From Deltaproteobacteria bacterium (GTDB lineage: Bacteria; Desulfobacterota; Binatia; UBA12015), in contig JAYGCM010000011.1 in the NCBI GenBank assembly GCA_046583355.1, forward strand, positions 1 to 33,793: a stretch of DNA of 33,793 nucleotides. Direction: 5' to 3'. How positions within the stretch are numbered: position 1 is the stretch's first letter; each line of letters begins with the position of its first letter. The notes below the pieces were generated by a model that worked only from the letters and a program-made list of their open reading frames with translations, had not been told where the DNA came from and searched no databases. The position numbers and the translations under genes are program-made. Positions 24,569-33,793 of the stretch are shown here, in pieces.

Positions 24569-26848
24569 TTACTCTGCTGGCACGATGTCGAGCGATAGAC
24601 TTCCTGCACGAATCAGCACTTTTACGCGCCCGCCCTTGGCGAGCTTGCCGAAAAGGATCTCGTCGGCCAGCGGCCGCTTGAGCTCGCGCTCGATGAGGCG
24701 AGCCATCGGGCGTGCGCCATAGAGTCGGTCGAAACCCTCTTTGCCGAACCACTCGCGGGCGCCCTTGGTCAGCTCGATCGTCACCTTCTTTTCCGCCAAT
24801 TGCTCGCGCAATTCCTTCAGGTTTTTCTCGACCACCTTGAGGACGGCGGCGGTATCGAGCGGGTCGAAGATGATGGTCGCGTCGAGCCTATTACGGAACT
24901 CGGGGCTGAAGGTTTTCTCGATCGCCTGCTTTGCCGTGCCGGATTGGCCGTCGCCGGTAAAGCCGATGGCCGCCGAGGTCATCTCGCGGGCCCCGGCGTT
25001 GGTTGTCAGAATCAGGATGATGTTGCGGAAATCCGCCTTGCGGCCGGTATTATCCGTCAAGGTGGCGTGGTCCATCACCTGTAGAAGGATATTGAAGAGA
25101 TCAGGGTGAGCCTTCTCGATTTCGTCGAGAACGACGACCGCATGCGGCGTTTTGCGCACGGCATCGGTCAGCAGTCCACCCTGGTCGAAGCCGACGTAGC
25201 CCGGCGGGGCACCGATCAGCCGCGAGACCGTATGCTTCTCCATATACTCGCTCATATCGAAGCGATGCAGCTCGACGCCAAGCACCGAAGCGAGCTGCCG
25301 GGCGAGCTCGGTCTTGCCGACACCGGTCGGGCCGGCAAAGAGAAAGGAGCCGACCGGCCGGTCGCTATGGCCGAGGCCGGAGCGCTGCAATTTGATTACA
25401 GCGGCGAGCTGCCCAATCGCCTGGTCTTGGCCGTAGATCACTTCGCGTAGTTCCGGCTCGATTTTCTCGAGTTGGTCGCGGGCATCCGCCGAGACCTTTT
25501 TCTCGGGGATCTTTGCCATGCGCGCGATGATGATCTCGATGGCGTTTTCGTCGATTTTGCGCAGACGCTTGTCGTCGGGGAGGATGCTATCGGCTGCGCC
25601 GGCCTCGTCGATCACATCGATCGCCTTGTCCGGGAGGTGGCGGTCGTTGATATATTTCGCGGCGAGTTCGGCGGCGGCGCGCAAGGCATCGTCATCATAG
25701 CGGACGCCATGATGTTCTTCGTAGCGGCTCTTCAGCCCTTGCAGAATATCGATCGTTTCGGGGACGCTGGGCTCGGAGACATCGATTTTCTGAAAGCGCC
25801 GCTCAAGGGCACGGTCGCGGTCGAAGGATTTTTTGTACTCGCCGAAGGTCGTCGCACCGATGCAGCGAAGCTGGCCGCTGGCTAGCGCCGGCTTGAGCAG
25901 ATTCGAGGCATCCATCGTGCCGCCACTGGTGGCGCCGGCTCCGACAATGGTGTGGATCTCGTCGATGAAGAGGATCGCGCCGGGCCTTTCATCAAGTGCC
26001 TTGATGACGCTTTTGAGTCGTTCTTCGAATTGACCACGGAATTTGGTGCCGGCGATGAGCGCGCCCATATCGAGGGCGTAGATATTCGCGTCGGCAATTT
26101 TGGCAGGCACGCTGCCTTCTTCCAGGCGGCGCGCGAGGCCCTCGACGATCGCGGTTTTACCGACGCCGGCCTCGCCGACAAAGACCGGGTTGTTTTTGCG
26201 GCGTCGCGCCAGGATATGAATCGCGCGCTCAAGCTCAGCTTCGCGGCCGATCAACGGGTCGATCTCTCCGGCCGCGGCGCGGGCGCGCAGGTCGGTTGTC
26301 CAGATATCGAGCGGGTTCGGCGGCGGTGCTTCTTCTTCGTCGCTGTCCGATTCGATGAGGTCGTGCGGTGTTTCGGTCTCGCCTTCGCCTACCCCGGAGA
26401 CGCCGCCGTCTTGCAGGCCATGCGAGATGATGCGCAGAACATCGAGGCGGGTGACGCCTTGGCTCTCCAGCGTCCATAGAGCCTGGCAGCTCGGCTCGCG
26501 GAAGAGCGCGGCGATCAGGCTGGGACCATCGATGGTGGCGCGCTCGGAGTTCACCGCATGCAATGCCGCGCGTTGCAGCACTCGCTGAAGTGCCGGGGTC
26601 TCGCGCGGGCCCTGTTCGCTGCCTTCGGGGAGTACCTCGACGGTATGCTCGAGATGTAATTCCAGCTCGTGGCGGATCTGGTCGCTGTCAACCTGAAGCA
26701 GTTCGAAGAGGCGCTGTACGTCGTCGTTATCGAGCATTGCCAACAGCACATGCTCAAGTGTGAGGTACTCGTGGCGGCGCTCGCGCGCCGCTTCATAGGC
26801 CGCGCGGAGCGAGGCTTGAAGATCGGTTGTGACCTGTGGGGGCGTCAT
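24569..26848 (-). CDS. clpA: ATP-dependent Clp protease ATP-binding subunit ClpA
   Basis: HEYLTLEH, two AAA modules (GEAGVGKT and GPTGVGKTE), IGF loop, no middle domain; ATGA overlap with clpS. Confidence 0.97.
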   Translation of the reverse strand: MTPPQVTTDLQASLRAAYEAARERRHEYLTLEHVLLAMLDNDDVQRLFELLQVDSDQIRHELELHLEHTVEVLPEGSEQGPRETPALQRVLQRAALHAVNSERATIDGPSLIAALFREPSCQALWTLESQGVTRLDVLRIISHGLQDGGVSGVGEGETETPHDLIESDSDEEEAPPPNPLDIWTTDLRARAAAGEIDPLIGREAELERAIHILARRRKNNPVFVGEAGVGKTAIVEGLARRLEEGSVPAKIADANIYALDMGALIAGTKFRGQFEERLKSVIKALDERPGAILFIDEIHTIVGAGATSGGTMDASNLLKPALASGQLRCIGATTFGEYKKSFDRDRALERRFQKIDVSEPSVPETIDILQGLKSRYEEHHGVRYDDDALRAAAELAAKYINDRHLPDKAIDVIDEAGAADSILPDDKRLRKIDENAIEIIIARMAKIPEKKVSADARDQLEKIEPELREVIYGQDQAIGQLAAVIKLQRSGLGHSDRPVGSFLFAGPTGVGKTELARQLASVLGVELHRFDMSEYMEKHTVSRLIGAPPGYVGFDQGGLLTDAVRKTPHAVVVLDEIEKAHPDLFNILLQVMDHATLTDNTGRKADFRNIILILTTNAGAREMTSAAIGFTGDGQSGTAKQAIEKTFSPEFRNRLDATIIFDPLDTAAVLKVVEKNLKELREQLAEKKVTIELTKGAREWFGKEGFDRLYGARPMARLIERELKRPLADEILFGKLAKGGRVKVLIRAGSLSLDIVPAE

Positions 26849-27165
26849 TCGGGCTCCATCGTCGTGAGCAGCGGGTGCTCGTATTCTTCGGCAAGCGCGG
26901 TGGCGCGCAGAACCTTCCCCTCGGCGACATCGAAGGGATAGACCCCCGCGACACCGACGCCGTTGTTGTGGACATGGAGCATGATCTGCACGGATTCGCT
27001 TTCGTCACGCTGGAAGACGACACGCAGAATCCAGACGACAAACTCGCGGGTGGTATAATCGTCGTTATGCAAAAGCACCTTGTAGAGCTTCGGTCGCTCT
27101 ACCTTTCGGCGTGTCTGCGCTCGCGTGATTACCGCTTCGTCTGTGTCTCGATCCGGCCCAGCCAT
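26845..27165 (-). CDS. clpS: ATP-dependent Clp protease adaptor ClpS
   Basis: YKVLLHNDDYT, IMLHVH, GVAGVY and HPL. Confidence 0.97.
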   Translation of the reverse strand: MAGPDRDTDEAVITRAQTRRKVERPKLYKVLLHNDDYTTREFVVWILRVVFQRDESESVQIMLHVHNNGVGVAGVYPFDVAEGKVLRATALAEEYEHPLLTTMEPE

Positions 27166-27213
27166 TCTTCAGCTTCTCCGAATCTACCGGGTCGGGCGAT
27201 ATGGCGCCACAGC

Positions 27214-28293
27214 TCAGATCTCGCCGCGGTCGGCCATATGCTCGGCCACCAGGACGGCCCCCTTGGCGGCGCCCATTTTCGTATTATGCGAGACCAGAAC
27301 GTAGCGCAGGCCGGCTTCGTCGAGGCGTAGCCGGCCGACCGAGGTGGTCATGCCGCCGCCGGCCTCGCGGTCGAGCTTTGGCTGCGGGCGAAAGGGGTCG
27401 TCGTGGACACGGATGAGTGCAGCGGGTGCCGAGGGCAGCCCGCGCGCACAGAATTCCTTGCCGAAGTCCTCGAAGACGTCACGGATTTCGGTGAGCGTGG
27501 CTTCCTGCGTCAGTCGCAAGGTGACCGCCTCGGTATGGCCTTCACTCACATTGGCCCGCGTACAGGTCGCGCTGACCCAGGCCTCGTGGTTGCGGAACCC
27601 GTCGCCTTCGATCGTGCCGAGAACCTTGCCGGTTTCCCACGCGACTTTTTCCTCTTCGCCGGAGATGAAGGGGATGACATTGTCGAGAATATCCATCGCG
27701 CCGACACCCGGAGTCCGCCCGGCACCGGAGAGGCCCTGCATTGAGGTGAGCACCACTTGCTCCAGGCCGAAGGCATCGGCCAGCGGCTTGAGCGTGATGA
27801 CCAGGCCCATGGTTGTGCAATTGGGCAGTGGGACGACAAAGCCCTCCCAGCCGCGATTGGCACGCTGTTTTTCCAGAATCGCGAGTTGCTCGAGGTTTAC
27901 GCCGGGGACGGCGATGGTGACGTCGGGTTCGCGGCGGAAGGCCGAGGCCGTCGAGAAGACCGGAATCTTTGCCGCCAGACGCGGTTCGATCTCGCGCGCG
28001 GCTTCGCTCTCAATGGCCGCAAAGACGAGGTCGACCGAGTCGGGGTCGAGGTCCATGGCGTTCTGCACTTCGAGGTCGAGTACGGCGTCGTCTGGTTCGT
28101 CGGCACAATACCAGCGCCTGGCGCCGTTCTCGTCGAGCAAGGCCTCGCGGAAGCTCTTCCCGGCCGAGCGTTTGGATGCCGCTACCGCCGTGATCTGGAA
28201 CCAGGGATGGCCCTTGAGAGATTCAAGAAATTGCTGGCCGGCGACGCCGGTCGCACCGACAACGGCAACCTTCCAGGTACGGGAGGGTGCCAT
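27214..28293 (-). CDS. asd: aspartate-semialdehyde dehydrogenase (archaeal/fungal-type branch)
   Basis: VAVVGATGVAGQ, catalytic PNCTT, QGLSGAG, DNVIPFISGEEEK, SATCTR, GHTE and SHNTKMGAA. Start placed at ATG 28293 after GAGG. Confidence 0.92.
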   Translation of the reverse strand: MAPSRTWKVAVVGATGVAGQQFLESLKGHPWFQITAVAASKRSAGKSFREALLDENGARRWYCADEPDDAVLDLEVQNAMDLDPDSVDLVFAAIESEAAREIEPRLAAKIPVFSTASAFRREPDVTIAVPGVNLEQLAILEKQRANRGWEGFVVPLPNCTTMGLVITLKPLADAFGLEQVVLTSMQGLSGAGRTPGVGAMDILDNVIPFISGEEEKVAWETGKVLGTIEGDGFRNHEAWVSATCTRANVSEGHTEAVTLRLTQEATLTEIRDVFEDFGKEFCARGLPSAPAALIRVHDDPFRPQPKLDREAGGGMTTSVGRLRLDEAGLRYVLVSHNTKMGAAKGAVLVAEHMADRGEI

Positions 28294-28496
28294 CAGAGTG
28301 ACCTCGGGGAAGGGAATTGCATCCCCGAGATGGTCGGTGCCGGGCGAGGAAAAGTCAATATCCAGGGGACCATCCCGATTCCCTTTTCGTGGAGCTTCCC
28401 GTCGGCTTCTTGCCTTGTAGGCCATGCCGTGGCGGCTTTGGCTCGCCCTGTCTTGCTCGCTCGGGCAGGTTGGGGGGCGAGAGGCGATGAAAGGAT

Positions 28497-28988
28497 ATGA
28501 GCGTACAGAAGGTTGTTTTGAGCGGATTAGCCGGCGGACCCAAGACGGCAGCGGGCCTCAGCCGCATGCTGCTGCGGCGGCTGCGCTGGTCCGAAGGGGT
28601 GCCGGCCGGCGACCTGCACCGCATTCTTCGGCGTTTTGCCGCCGATGGCCTGGTGGACGTCCGGTGTTGGGCTGCCCAAGAGCAACGCTCGCCGATCTGG
28701 GCGCTGACGCCTGCGGGTGAGAAGCGGGTGGCGCAATGGGTCGGTTCGACGGCGAACGACCCCGTGCTGCCATCGCGGCTGGCAGCCTTGTTGGTGGTCG
28801 AGTCCTGTCTGCCCCCGGAGGTGTCGCTGCCGCGGGAGTTGATGCTGCGCGAGTGGCGCCGAATGCAGGCCGAATGCGAGTGCATGTCGGCTGTGGAGTC
28901 GGCGGGATTGGCAGGGCGTTGCCTTGCCCGAACGCAGGCCGAGCTGCGCTTGCTCGAGGGCTGGTTGCTCAGGCCGACTAAGGCGTAA
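28497..28988 (+). CDS. PadR/AphA-like winged-helix protein (divergent)
   Basis: VVLSGLAGGP, GDLHRILRRFAADGLV, WALTPAGEKRVAQW and C-terminal QAELRLLE; AAGGA RBS. Confidence 0.6.
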   Translation: MSVQKVVLSGLAGGPKTAAGLSRMLLRRLRWSEGVPAGDLHRILRRFAADGLVDVRCWAAQEQRSPIWALTPAGEKRVAQWVGSTANDPVLPSRLAALLVVESCLPPEVSLPRELMLREWRRMQAECECMSAVESAGLAGRCLARTQAELRLLEGWLLRPTKA

Positions 28989-29853
28989 GGGTATCGATGA
29001 ATTTCTCGGCCGCTGGCGAGAAATGGCGCGCTTCTTTGTGAATGATGCCGAGCTGTCGGATAAAATTCTCGTCGGCGAAGGGCACGGCCACCAGGGTGCC
29101 GCTTTGGATTTCGGGTCCGACAGCGGGCTCGGGGGCGATAGAGATGCCCGTGCCGACCTCGACGATGCGCTTGATCACCTCGATATTGTCGACTTCGGCG
29201 ACGTAGTTGACGCGCACATGGTGCTTCTGGAGAACCTTCTCGATTGCCTTATGGGTCGGAATATCTTTCTCGAAGCCGACGAAATTTCGGCCCTCGATGT
29301 CCTTCACCGTGACCGTTTTGTGGCGTGCGAGCGGATGGGCAGGGTCGCAGATCATCACCAGCCGGTCTTCGCGGAAGGGGATCAGGCGGATCTGCGGGCG
29401 TTTGGTCGGGTAGGCGATGACGCCGACGTCGAGGGTGCCGGCCAGGACATCCTCGTAGATCTGACTCGATTTTTTGTATTCGAGCCGGACATTGACGCTC
29501 GGGTAGGCCTTCACATAGCGCTTGAGTTCGTCGGCGAACTCGTAGAGGCCGACGGAATGCACCGTGGCGACGCGCACCGTTCCGGCGACGATGTTCGAGA
29601 ACGCTTGTAGGCGAGCTTCGAGGTCCTGATGCCGGGAGACGATTTCCTTGCTGATTTCGTAGAAGATCTCACCGGCTGGCGTCGGTCGAACCCGGCGCTT
29701 CGCGCGTTCGACCAATTTGCGGCCGTAGCGGGTCTCAAGGGTGCGGATTTGCTGGCTAACGGCGGATTGGGTCACGTAATTCTGCGCGGCCGCAACGGAA
29801 AAACTGCCCGTATCGACGAGGTCGCAGAAGACCTTGAGGGTCTCGATATGCAT
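28978..29853 (-). CDS. LysR-family transcriptional regulator
   Basis: LKVFCDLVDTGSFSVAA, TQSAVSQQIRTLE and PTPAG; C-terminal substrate-binding domain. Confidence 0.96.
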   Translation of the reverse strand: MHIETLKVFCDLVDTGSFSVAAAQNYVTQSAVSQQIRTLETRYGRKLVERAKRRVRPTPAGEIFYEISKEIVSRHQDLEARLQAFSNIVAGTVRVATVHSVGLYEFADELKRYVKAYPSVNVRLEYKKSSQIYEDVLAGTLDVGVIAYPTKRPQIRLIPFREDRLVMICDPAHPLARHKTVTVKDIEGRNFVGFEKDIPTHKAIEKVLQKHHVRVNYVAEVDNIEVIKRIVEVGTGISIAPEPAVGPEIQSGTLVAVPFADENFIRQLGIIHKEARHFSPAAEKFIDTLTP

Positions 29854-29989
29854 GGTGGTATTGCAGCGCTCCTAATTCCAAGTGCCTGTCGGATAAGGCT
29901 AGCACGCACTTTGGGGCCTGCAATCCAGTTTTTCCAGCTGTGGTTCTGCAACCGCGCCGAAATCAGAAGTTACGCTAATCGGCCAGGGC

Positions 29990-31858
29990 TCAGCGCCAAT
30001 CACGTGGCGTGGTGTTCCGAGAGAGGCGCGGCAATGTCTCGTTCAGCGCATTCTCAAGCTCAAGCTCGATCGTTTCGTAACCGGGCAGCCCGCTCAGGTT
30101 GAGCAATTCTCCGGGATCGTTCTCCAGGTCGTAGAGCTCGGTGAACTCCAGGGCCGAGATCCGCCGCGAGCTGCGGATCAGTTTCCAGCGTGGCGTTCGG
30201 ATGCTGCGGGAGGGTGCGGTGATCCACCCGCCGCTGCTCTCGATGAAGACCTCGGAACGGGGTACGCCGGTACCGGCGAGTAGCCCGAGCAGGCTGCTTC
30301 CGTCGAGATCGGCCGGGTAGGGGACACCTGCCAACGCAGCGATTGTCGGTGCGAGGTCGGTATTTGCCACCAGGCTCTCTTCCTCCCGCGCTTTGGCCCA
30401 GCGGCGCGGATAGCGCATCAACAATGGGATCCGAATGGACTCTTCGTAGGCGCTGAATTTTGTGTTCGACCAATGCTCGCCCCAATGATACCCTTGGTCG
30501 GAGGTGAAGATGACCACGGTATTATCGAAAAGGCCGAGGCGCTCCAGTGTTCGATCGATCCGGCGCACGGCATCATCAACTGGCAGCAGCGAACCGAGTT
30601 GGTCGCGGCGGATCTGATCGAGATGGTCGGTTGATTCCGGACCACCTGCCTGGAGCAGGCGAACCCAGCCTGGTTTGCCGCTCGTATCGGTTTCGCGGAA
30701 GTTTGTCGGGCGCCAGGGAGCGAGGCCGGCAAACGCGCCGATGTGACGGTTGGCGGGCGTGAAGGGCGCGTGTCCCGCGGTCGGGGAGTAAACGGCAAAG
30801 AATTTTGCCTGGCGGTTACGGCGGACAAAGCGTGTCAGCTGCGCTGCGAGTACGTCGGTTGAGTATGCGGTGTCGTCGTAGATATAGGTCTCGCCGTCGA
30901 CATTCAGGGAAAACCCGAAATAGAAGGCTCCTAAATCGTTGAGTTCGCGCCAGACGTCCCAGCCCGGTGGTGGCTCGGGCCGGCTGCTTGCGGCGTGGAG
31001 GTATTTGCCGAAGAGACCAGTGCGGTAGCCGGCAGCGGAGAGCCAGGTCGCGAGAGTCTCGCTCTCGTCGAAGTTGGCTCCATTCCCGTTGCCGAAAACA
31101 CGATGGCGTCGCGTATCGAGGCCGCTCAGGAGGGTCGCGCGTGCCGGACCGCAGATGGGATGGGTGGAAAAGGCATTTGAGAAGGAGACGCCGCGGGCCG
31201 CGATGCTCTGTAGTGTGATGGGCAGGAACTGCAGCGAATCCTGGCGCTGGTCGTCCGTGATGATGAGAATTACGTTCGGTGCCAGTGGCTCGGGGGCAAG
31301 ATCGTCGATGATCGCCTCAAGTGAGCCGCGGATACAGCCCGCCGTGGCGGGGCCGTCTGTTTGTTCCCCTTGGGTCTGCAGGCACACGCCGGCTAGCCGA
31401 GTCGGGGTGGTAAAGTTGTTTTCCGCGGCGATACTCAGGTTGTCGCAGGCGTCGACGACACGACGAAAGCCGCGCCCGCTGCGTGTTCCGCGCCGGCCCT
31501 TGAGGCGTTCGCGGGTGCGGCCGGAGAAGAAGCGCACACTCTCTCGTACAAGTGTGTGCTGACAGAAGCGGGCGGCCCTGGGCCAGCCAGAGCCATTCGG
31601 CAGGGCTCCGGGGCCAAAGACGATTTCCAGCGCTTGCGCGAGTGCTTCCTGCGCACAGGCGGGAACGGTGGCGGCTTGGCACGCGCCAGCCTCCTCGCCC
31701 TTGAGGACTGCCTGACCTGCACAATGGATCTCGCGCGCGATGGTTGCCCCAGCGCGTTCCAGGCTCGCGTTCGTGGTGCAGCGGCCCGCCTCAGCAGGAG
31801 TGGCCCAGCTTGCGGCGAGCAGCGAGACGAGGGCGATGAGGAGGAGGGGACGAACCAT
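29990..31858 (-). CDS. secreted sulfatase (Cys-type) with Cys-rich N-terminal extension
   Basis: [10 protein letters not shown], formylglycine motif [26 protein letters not shown] and [11 protein letters not shown]; signal peptide from ATG 31858. Confidence 0.92.
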   Translation of the reverse strand: MVRPLLLIALVSLLAASWATPAEAGRCTTNASLERAGATIAREIHCAGQAVLKGEEAGACQAATVPACAQEALAQALEIVFGPGALPNGSGWPRAARFCQHTLVRESVRFFSGRTRERLKGRRGTRSGRGFRRVVDACDNLSIAAENNFTTPTRLAGVCLQTQGEQTDGPATAGCIRGSLEAIIDDLAPEPLAPNVILIITDDQRQDSLQFLPITLQSIAARGVSFSNAFSTHPICGPARATLLSGLDTRRHRVFGNGNGANFDESETLATWLSAAGYRTGLFGKYLHAASSRPEPPPGWDVWRELNDLGAFYFGFSLNVDGETYIYDDTAYSTDVLAAQLTRFVRRNRQAKFFAVYSPTAGHAPFTPANRHIGAFAGLAPWRPTNFRETDTSGKPGWVRLLQAGGPESTDHLDQIRRDQLGSLLPVDDAVRRIDRTLERLGLFDNTVVIFTSDQGYHWGEHWSNTKFSAYEESIRIPLLMRYPRRWAKAREEESLVANTDLAPTIAALAGVPYPADLDGSSLLGLLAGTGVPRSEVFIESSGGWITAPSRSIRTPRWKLIRSSRRISALEFTELYDLENDPGELLNLSGLPGYETIELELENALNETLPRLSRNTTPRDWR

Positions 31859-32008
31859 GTGCCAGCTTTCCAGCATAAGCGGAACCAGTGCTGGAGCCCA
31901 AGTACCATACCTGGCTGCTGTTGGACTAGAGGTCGGCCGGATGCAGGCCTACTTTTCAGCGGGGCCGCTAGAGGCCGGACCTTTCGTATTGTTTCGTCGG
32001 GGATCCGT

Positions 32009-32218
32009 TCAGGACGGAAGCGGTCGCTTGCGCCGCGCAACGACCACGACTTCTTCGCCGCGGACGCGAACCCGGCGGGCCCCTGGCGCCTGCCATGCCG
32101 AGCCCTTGGTGGACCTCGTTTTCGTGAAGAGCTTCGAACTCAAAGCGGCCATTGTATCGGCCTCACGACTTCGATTCGCTCGCCACTCCCGGAGCTCGCG
32201 CTCAAGACTGGTCTCCAT
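32009..32218 (-). CDS. small basic hypothetical protein, 69 aa
   Basis: GGAAGGA RBS, then [69 protein letters not shown]; occupies an otherwise empty gap. Confidence 0.6.
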   Translation of the reverse strand: METSLERELREWRANRSREADTMAALSSKLFTKTRSTKGSAWQAPGARRVRVRGEEVVVVARRKRPLPS

Positions 32219-32431
32219 GAGATCTTTCCTTCCACACCACCACACCACCACCGCAGCCACAGGAGCTCTCACGGTCAGGATCCACGACCCTGGCCACACA
32301 TCTAGCGCAATTCGCCTCCAAAGCGAAACAATCCAAAGAGGGGGACTCTGTTCCTTCCCCCCACGGCGGCTCGCTGGGTTCGGAGGGCGTGGACAGAACG
32401 GACGCCGTCCGCGGCTACGAGTCCCCTGCCG

Positions 32432-33793
<1,362 letters not shown>

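Noticed and set aside
32307..32320. TGGAGGCGAATTGC as a second sigma54 promoter upstream of the 69-aa ORF
   Set aside because: GG-to-GC spacing is 9 nt rather than the required 10.

Overview
GC-rich bacterial chromosomal segment with about 27 protein genes, most on the minus strand. Gene content and Cys-rich secreted proteins are suggestive of a Deltaproteobacteria-like or Binatota-like organism (inference only). Housekeeping genes: partial rpoD-type sigma factor, clpS-clpA, asd, rpe and tRNA-Sec (selC). Lipid and xenobiotic catabolism: two acyl-CoA dehydrogenases, a PvdQ-like Ntn acylase, an FGGY kinase, GlpD, an alkyl-DHAP-synthase-like flavoprotein, a CYP130-like P450, an alpha/beta hydrolase, a sulfatase and a nitronate monooxygenase-family protein. 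Regulators: a sensor kinase with a sigma54 response regulator, LysR and a PadR-like protein. I saw no integrase, transposase, phage gene or CRISPR array. The most notable signals are non-coding. (1) A perfect sigma54 promoter (18957-18971, minus) precedes a ~134-nt structured segment that presents tandem UGUGG/UGCGG repeats in a 33-nt loop. The same stem plus GU-repeat-loop layout occludes the ribosome-binding site of a 69-aa basic ORF downstream of rpoD. This suggests a Csr/Rsm-like sponge-RNA and target-leader system with an unfamiliar motif. (2) A REP-like repeat family forms a 25-bp perfect inverted repeat between selC and the MATE gene, overlapping the MATE start, with another copy at about 22403.
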